This document shows positions 16,301-20,971 of a DNA stretch of 20,971 bases, piece after piece. Position 1 is the stretch's first letter, and every line of letters begins with the position of its first letter. Origin of the DNA: a bacterium (GTDB taxonomy: Bacteria; Zhuqueibacterota; Zhuqueibacteria; Oceanimicrobiales; Oceanimicrobiaceae); the NCBI GenBank assembly GCA_046757165.1, contig JBHHXT010000074.1, positions 1 through 20,971 on the forward strand, read 5' to 3'. The notes under the pieces are model-generated. The model did not search any database and was not told where the DNA came from. It was given only the letters and a program-made list of their open reading frames with translations. The translations under genes were made by a program, and so were the position numbers.

Positions 16301-17550
16301 TTGGCGAAATCGATGAATGTATCATCGCCAACAGTGACAGCAACGGGGTATCGATTCTGGATGAGCTGAGTACCAGCGTGACCCTCCACCGCAATGAATT
16401 CTGCTCCAATGGCCTGTTCGGCCTGGAAAGCCTGGGCGCCAGTACGGTGGATGCCACCACGAACTGGTGGGGTGCGAGCGACGGGCCCGGCGGCTCAGGC
16501 AGCGGCTCGGGCGACGCCATCAGTGACGGCGTGGATTTCTCGCTGTTCGAGACCTCGGGCTTGTTTCCGAATTCGCCGTGCTCTGGGGCGGCGTTGTGTG
16601 TCGCTGATGGCGACGTAAACAACAGCGGCGGCTTGTCGGGCCAGGATGCCCTGTGTGCTTTTCTGATTACGCTCAATGGCCAGCAGGTGCCTGCCGAGTG
16701 CGATGTGGCTAATTTCGAGTGTGAGGTCGTTGCCGCGGATGTCAACTGTGATGCCACCGTCTCGGCTGCCGATGCGCTGGCCATTTTTGAGCGGGCGCTG
16801 GCTTTCGAGGACCCGGCCCTCTGCTTTGCCGGTCCGTCCCTTGCCAAATCAGGTGCAACACCCTACTCGCTTTCCCTTGCGCCGGATGAGGGGGACTCAG
16901 GCAGCAGCGGTTCCTTCAAGGTCGCTTTGCGCGTGGCCGACCCGGCGGGCCTCAGGGCGTTCACGGCCCGTTTCGAGTTTCCCGCGGATAAAGTTGAATT
17001 TCTCGGCGTTGAAAGAAGTTCGGCCACGGCAAACTGGGTGCAGTTGGATGCGAGAGTCAATGAGGCAGGGCGTGTCACGGTCGGCGGTTTTAACATTCAG
17101 CCTTTGCAGGGTTCTCCCGAAAGCGAGATTTTTCAACTGCTTTTTTCGAGGAAATCCGTGGCGACCGGCCCGATAGAAATCTCGGTGTCGAGCCTGGCCG
17201 ATGATCTTGCGGGCGCGACTCTGCAATCCCATTCTGTGCAGGTCAACGGGGTGGCGCCGGAATCCTTTGCCCTGCGCCAGAATTATCCCAACCCCTTCAA
17301 TCCCGAAACTTTGATTCAGTATGATATTCCCCTTCTTCAGGCAGGGAAAGTTGCGGTTCAAATCACCATCTACAACGTCAAAGGACAGCTCGTTCGTGCG
17401 CTGCTGAAAGACAAAAAGGCAGCTGGCACCTACAAAGTGAAATGGGACGGCAAAAATGACCGGGGCGTGCTCGTCCCGTCCGGAGCTTATTTTTATACGC
17501 TCAAGGCGGGAGAATTCAAAGATACCCGGCGTATGATGTTGGTCAAATGA
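13351..17550 (+). CDS. Large secreted right-handed beta-helix (pectin lyase-like fold) protein with dockerin-like, cohesin-like and FlgD-Ig/T9SS-type C-terminal domains
   Basis: AGGAGG RBS then ATG 13351; signal peptide; IYVDDDW..NAFATVQAGVD; many N-x-x-GI beta-helix rungs; DATTNWWG..GPGG; duplicated GDVNNSGGLSGQDAL / ADVNCDATVSAADAL; cohesin-like FEFPADKVEFLGV; NYPNPFNP tail. Confidence 0.8.
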   Translation: MLRKLFSSSLILVSCITLFTANIFAQPTLTPPAVTGPDSLIGFEGQSEHHEFLTQTNSSRGDIKDVFPGQDYWIYVVGIDASGVTGPAGRKIQFNLQNTVSGFTKHLGISVSLDNPGVGGADLLECYQSDGVEGISSHGFFDPELDTTIFDVRFQFTKAQQGDFWTVTPWFRLPGQSWQQFEDGVFTGTVVFDFDEARLDVWFKSSADGVIEFDNFFILGPIPEPITEIYVDDDWVSQNAGDAVQFPGQIDVRVIGVNAFATVQAGVDSLLVRLPASIPTLHIAAGNYSENVFLSGPVNLQGSGNGTNTAANTVINGANFGAPVIEIGNNVGGSSKNSRMVIRDLRVRGATGAGDTPSGILMTSGFGGMIETLAWRDLSRGTSTTTGLATNEYITFENVAAVGNAGNGIAIDHLDTINDIELINCKLDSNTNHGFLIPTDIASFDSLMMSGCEVKGNGITGVSTGPDGSQGVTNIHISNSTFSGNGDALSASGSGSGDISLFKFNGNASLTNVDVTGDGAHIGIQVRGDTTFAGALQPAGTVVFNDVTLSGQYQHPTPTWVGSGLFISGYSDVSSISFSNVDIDISRVGSKGAANLYLDNIEGNLDVSDMMFGSADSVVSILNISVAEIDANNAVFAGNPDNFEIEDRVFHALDSPAFGLVRWTGKQIYVTPKAFAPPDTAVLLNRIVGVVSAGDTINFAAGTYYDTTGVVIDKDLTFFGVSTGTTVCRPLANATGSGLGGAWFIVDTLVTVNIYNINFDGSGFSIRTACRVRGRGSCGNLVFTNISGPGRSGVGIVAAGDTAVQITNCTFSNMGRAGVQFLGTGVQGSLFRGNTYIGKGSGVHLEYGVELEGGASVTMKQDTIYNCSGVVDAELDSVSAGIRVSTLNGDGTSVTIDSSQIYNCYNGIEIGSGISDQSFAIIRNCDIYNNTVGIQVNSALFVKAEDDSIHNNTEGIRVEYATVFDLDRDDILDNQTGIIIKQSFGEIDECIIANSDSNGVSILDELSTSVTLHRNEFCSNGLFGLESLGASTVDATTNWWGASDGPGGSGSGSGDAISDGVDFSLFETSGLFPNSPCSGAALCVADGDVNNSGGLSGQDALCAFLITLNGQQVPAECDVANFECEVVAADVNCDATVSAADALAIFERALAFEDPALCFAGPSLAKSGATPYSLSLAPDEGDSGSSGSFKVALRVADPAGLRAFTARFEFPADKVEFLGVERSSATANWVQLDARVNEAGRVTVGGFNIQPLQGSPESEIFQLLFSRKSVATGPIEISVSSLADDLAGATLQSHSVQVNGVAPESFALRQNYPNPFNPETLIQYDIPLLQAGKVAVQITIYNVKGQLVRALLKDKKAAGTYKVKWDGKNDRGVLVPSGAYFYTLKAGEFKDTRRMMLVK

Positions 17551-17596
17551 GAAGACGAGAAGCCGAACACAGTTATCAGATAGAGGAGTAGTCTAC

Positions 17597-19051
17597 ATGC
17601 GAAGTTTTCTGAGAAGTATAAGGTGCTTTCTGATTTCGAGCCTGTTTGTGTCCAGCGGGTTCGGACAGGCTCCCCTGGACGTGAGCCCTCCGGCCACTTT
17701 CGACGTTGGGCCACCGGCAGGGAGCACGATTTCGATTCCCCTGACCTTGACAAATGATGGCGGCCAGGTGGTCGATGCGGTCACGTTTCAGTTCAATTTT
17801 CCGACCACCTATCTGACCTTCGTCGGCGTTGACCGGGCCGGTACGTTGACGGAGAACTGGAACCAGATGGATGGGCAAGAGAATACGCCGGGCGTGATTA
17901 CCCTGGTCGGGTTCAATTCCGTCGATGGCAACGACGCCAACCAGACGGGCGTCCTGGTGAATGTTCAATTCACGACAACGGGTCGCACTGGCCAGGGCGT
18001 GCTGCAACTGACGAATCTCCAGGATGACCTCGTCCCACCAGCGACGACTACGGACGGCACGCTCACCAGCACGTTCCCGGTGGACCTGAGCCCTCCGCTC
18101 AGCGTCGAAGCTGGCCCGCCGTCGGGTCAGACGGTTTCGATTCCCCTGACCTTGACCAATGACGGCGGTGCGGTCGTCGATGCGGTCACGTTCCAGTTCC
18201 TCTATCCGACAGCTCAGTTGACCTACGTCGGCGTTGACCGGGTCGGCACGTTGACCGAAAACTGGAATCAGATGGATGGGCAGGAAAACACCTCCGGCAC
18301 GATTACCTTCGTCGGGTTCAATTCCCTGGATGCCAACGACGCCAATCAGACCGGCGTCCTGGTGAACGTGCAATTCGTGACCACAGCGCAGTCGGGCACC
18401 GGCGCGCTGCAGCTCATCAATTTCCAGGACGCCATCGCCCATGCGACGACCATTGACGGCACGCTCAACGGGTCGGTCCCGGTTGAGCTTGCTTCCTTCT
18501 CGGCCCGGGTCTTTGAGAACGCGGTTGCGCTCGAGTGGCTGACCATCAGCGAGACCAACAATTTCGGATTCGACGTGGAAAGGAGCACGGACGGCGAGTC
18601 CTTCACCCGGATCGCATTCGTGCAAGGCAACGGAACCACCACTGAGGAGCACAGATATGAGTTTACAGACGAGGACGTCGAGCCGGGAAGTTATACCTAT
18701 CGTTTGAAGCAAATCGATTTTGACGGCGCCTTCGAGTATTCGAGCAGGCTGAAGGTCGAACTCAACGCGCCGAGCGAGTTTCGGCTGGCGCAGAATTACC
18801 CCAATCCGTTCAATCCGGAGACAGCGATTCAGTTTTCCGTGCCGGTTGCCGGTAGAGTGCAGGTCATCATCTACAATTCCCTGGGCCGAGCGGTGAGAGA
18901 GCTGGTGAACAGCGAGTACGCGCCCGGAACGCACAGTGTAACCTGGGATGGCCGGGATGACTCCGGACAGGCGGCGGCGAGTGGCATCTATCTGTACACG
19001 GTCAAAGCCGGACAATTCACCCAAACGCGCAAGATGATTTTGGCGAAATAA
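17597..19051 (+). CDS. Secreted protein with two tandem cohesin-like domains and a FlgD-Ig/T9SS-type C-terminus (mini-scaffoldin-like)
   Basis: Signal peptide; two ~135-aa repeats (SIPLTLTN..AVTFQF.(F/Y)P...LT(F/Y)VGVDR.GTLT..G.IT.VGFN..GVLVNVQF); PVELASF..LEWLTISETNNFGFDVERS..YRLKQIDFDG module; NYPNPFNP tail. Confidence 0.8.
   Translation: MRSFLRSIRCFLISSLFVSSGFGQAPLDVSPPATFDVGPPAGSTISIPLTLTNDGGQVVDAVTFQFNFPTTYLTFVGVDRAGTLTENWNQMDGQENTPGVITLVGFNSVDGNDANQTGVLVNVQFTTTGRTGQGVLQLTNLQDDLVPPATTTDGTLTSTFPVDLSPPLSVEAGPPSGQTVSIPLTLTNDGGAVVDAVTFQFLYPTAQLTYVGVDRVGTLTENWNQMDGQENTSGTITFVGFNSLDANDANQTGVLVNVQFVTTAQSGTGALQLINFQDAIAHATTIDGTLNGSVPVELASFSARVFENAVALEWLTISETNNFGFDVERSTDGESFTRIAFVQGNGTTTEEHRYEFTDEDVEPGSYTYRLKQIDFDGAFEYSSRLKVELNAPSEFRLAQNYPNPFNPETAIQFSVPVAGRVQVIIYNSLGRAVRELVNSEYAPGTHSVTWDGRDDSGQAAASGIYLYTVKAGQFTQTRKMILAK
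17672..18469 (+). repeat. Intragenic tandem duplication, ~405-bp period
   Basis: Unit 1 starts at 17672 (PLDVSPP) and unit 2 at 18077 (PVDLSPP). They share long identical peptides such as GTLTENWNQMDGQENT and NDANQTGVLVNVQF. Confidence 0.9.
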
Positions 19052-19083
19052 ATCAGAGGACAGCCAGTACGCGTCATCACGGG

Positions 19084-19119
19084 AAGGGCACGCCGGGAAT
19101 CCCAGCGTGCCCTTTTTTT
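19084..19119 (+). terminator. Rho-independent terminator
   Basis: AAGGGCACGC...GCGTGCCCTT stem with a T7 tail, ~30 nt after the stop at 19051. Confidence 0.8.
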
Positions 19120-19289
19120 GTCTAACTGCTTCCTACAGCCTAAAAGTCTACAGCCTATCGGCCTGTTATCCTAACCCCAAAAAATACTTGCAATTCTGTC
19201 AGGGTTGTGTTTTCTTAGTGATGACGCCGTGCACGACATTTTTAGTGGCCGGGAAATTCTCCATCTCTTTTTTTCTGTCAAAAGAAGAA

Positions 19290-20801
19290 ATGCCGGATTC
19301 AGAAATACTCAAGAAAGTTCTCGACATCGGCAAGTTGGTTTTGGCTGAGTCGGACCTGGACAAAGTCCTGGAGGTCGCCATGGACGAGGCCATCGCCGCC
19401 ACCGGTGCTGAGCGCGGCATCATCATCTTGTTCGATGAAGCCGGTGAAAAGCTGTTTCAGACTGCACGCAAGCTGAAAAAGCAGGACATCGAGCATCCGG
19501 AGTTCGAGATCAGCAAGACGATTATCAAGAAAACCAAAGATACTGGCGAGCCCGTTTTCTTTCGCAACGCCCTCGAAAGCGCCCTCGAGGACACCTCGAT
19601 CAGGTCCGGGGACAGCATTATCACACTCAAGCTCCTTTCTGTCCTTTGTCTGCCGTTAACTTATCAGACGAGCGTGTTTGGCGTTGTTTATCTCGACAAC
19701 CCTTCCCTTGATGGTGCGTTTACCGAAACCGAGTTTGCATTTGCACAGAACTTTGCTGATTTCATCGCCGTTGCCGCGCGCAATGCGCTGGAAAGACGGC
19801 AACTGGTCGAAAGGCTGGAGAAAGAGCAGTATCAGTTTGAAGGCATCATTGGCAGTCACCCCAGCATCATGAAGGTCCTGAAGCTCATTCGCCAAATAGC
19901 TGACAGCCAGGCTTCCATTCTGATCACGGGCGGGAGCGGAACGGGCAAGGAGCTCGTGGCCAGAGCGATTCACAAAAACAGCAGTCGCAAAAACCAGGAA
20001 TTTGTCGCCATCAACTGTGGCGCCCTGCCTGAAAATTTGCTTGAAGATGAGCTTTTCGGGCATAAAGCGGGAGCGTTCACCGGGGCTTCGCGGGACAGAA
20101 AGGGGTGGTTCGAGAAAGCAAATCGCGGCACCATTTTCCTGGACGAAGTCAGTGAGATGTCCAAGGCGCTGCAAGTCAAACTCTTGCGCGTGCTCCAGGA
20201 GCACAAATTCAGCAGACTCGGTGATCCCGAAGTTCGCAACCTGGATGTGCGGGTGGTGGCCGCGACCAACCTTCCCCTCAAGGAGCTCATCCAGGCTGGC
20301 AAGTTCCGCGCCGACTTGTTCTGGCGACTGAAGGTTGTGGACATCGAGCTGCCGTCGTTGAGTGAACGCAAGAGCGACATTCCGCTTCTGATTCACCATT
20401 TCCTGAAAAAGTACGGCTCTCTGGAACGCAAGGACGGGGTTGGCATTTCAGCCGCCGCACAAGATTGCCTGATGAAATACGATTATCCCGGCAACGTGCG
20501 CGAGCTCGAAAACTTCATCCATGGCGCGGTGGTTTTGTGCAAAGATCGGGTCATCCAGCCACATCATCTGCCCTCGGAAGTCCTGCAAGAGAACTTTATT
20601 TCAACACAGAGCGGGCATATGATGCCATTTCGTGCCGTAAAGGAGCAGGTGGTTAGCGGCTTTGAGCGTGATTATATCAGCCGAATCTTGACACAAACCA
20701 ACGGAAATGTGACGCGAGCCGCCCAGATTGCCGAGCTCGATGTCAAGAATCTTCGGGACAAAATCTCCAGATACGGCATCGATCCGCGCAGCTTCAAGTA
20801 A
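19290..20801 (+). CDS. GAF-domain sigma54-dependent enhancer-binding protein (NifA/NtrC-type, Fis HTH)
   Basis: GAF region (GAERGIIIL, LSVLCLPL, GVVYLDN); Walker A GGSGTGKE; ELFGHKAGAFTGA; Walker B FLDEV; YPGNVRELEN; HTH GNVTRAA. ATG 19290 is preferred because the longer ORF begins inside the terminator. Confidence 0.92.
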   Translation: MPDSEILKKVLDIGKLVLAESDLDKVLEVAMDEAIAATGAERGIIILFDEAGEKLFQTARKLKKQDIEHPEFEISKTIIKKTKDTGEPVFFRNALESALEDTSIRSGDSIITLKLLSVLCLPLTYQTSVFGVVYLDNPSLDGAFTETEFAFAQNFADFIAVAARNALERRQLVERLEKEQYQFEGIIGSHPSIMKVLKLIRQIADSQASILITGGSGTGKELVARAIHKNSSRKNQEFVAINCGALPENLLEDELFGHKAGAFTGASRDRKGWFEKANRGTIFLDEVSEMSKALQVKLLRVLQEHKFSRLGDPEVRNLDVRVVAATNLPLKELIQAGKFRADLFWRLKVVDIELPSLSERKSDIPLLIHHFLKKYGSLERKDGVGISAAAQDCLMKYDYPGNVRELENFIHGAVVLCKDRVIQPHHLPSEVLQENFISTQSGHMMPFRAVKEQVVSGFERDYISRILTQTNGNVTRAAQIAELDVKNLRDKISRYGIDPRSFK

Positions 20802-20971
20802 CCGCGAAATGCGGTCGGTTAGCCCGGTCATGCTTTCAAAGCAAGATTCCCCTGAGCATTTCCAGTATCTCGGAGCGGAAATCACAAGAAAACGCGCAAA
20901 ACCAACTCCGGTCAAACCCACCTCTGAAAACAAACAAGTTCGTTTTCTGTCTCCTCCCAGGAGGAGATTTG

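Noticed and set aside
17672..18469. DGR template/variable repeat pair
   Set aside because: It is an in-frame domain duplication whose differences are not confined to adenines, and there is no reverse transcriptase in the window.
17576..19024. 482-aa minus-strand ORF with internal repeats
   Set aside because: It is the antisense shadow of the di-cohesin gene, and its repeats mirror the plus-strand duplication.
19107..19289. Longer start for the sigma54 activator
   Set aside because: It begins inside the terminator and encodes a non-domain-like sequence.

Overview
All credible genes lie on the + strand of a moderately GC-rich bacterial chromosome. Three proteins end in an NYPNPFNP/FlgD-Ig sorting tail and there are MIGKTISHY-type kinase starts, which suggests an FCB-related lineage such as KSB1 or Calditrichota (inference). 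In order, the window holds: (1) a dapD-lysC-asd lysine/diaminopimelate operon; (2) a secreted DNRLRE-like protein; (3) a fusion of a CX4CH cytochrome c domain to a DUF5777-like outer-membrane barrel; (4) a ~3.6 kb accessory patch (6031-9614) with two intact AAA_14/DUF4143-type ATPase genes and a third ATPase stub, each behind a palindrome that overlaps or abuts a promoter-like sequence, interleaved with two Ser/Thr-kinase 5' stubs, a DHFR-like stub and several REP/MITE-like palindromes; (5) a diheme cytochrome c, Rieske protein and fused cytochrome b/subunit IV/diheme c operon; (6) a 1.4k-aa secreted beta-helix protein with a Cys-rich dockerin-like and a cohesin-like domain, followed by a two-cohesin mini-scaffoldin-like protein; (7) a GAF-containing sigma54 activator. 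The best candidates for undescribed systems are the kinase-stub/ATPase cassette array with its shared 37-bp operator, the cohesin-dockerin pair with sorting tails, and a possible barrel-cytochrome plus Rieske/cytochrome b electron conduit.
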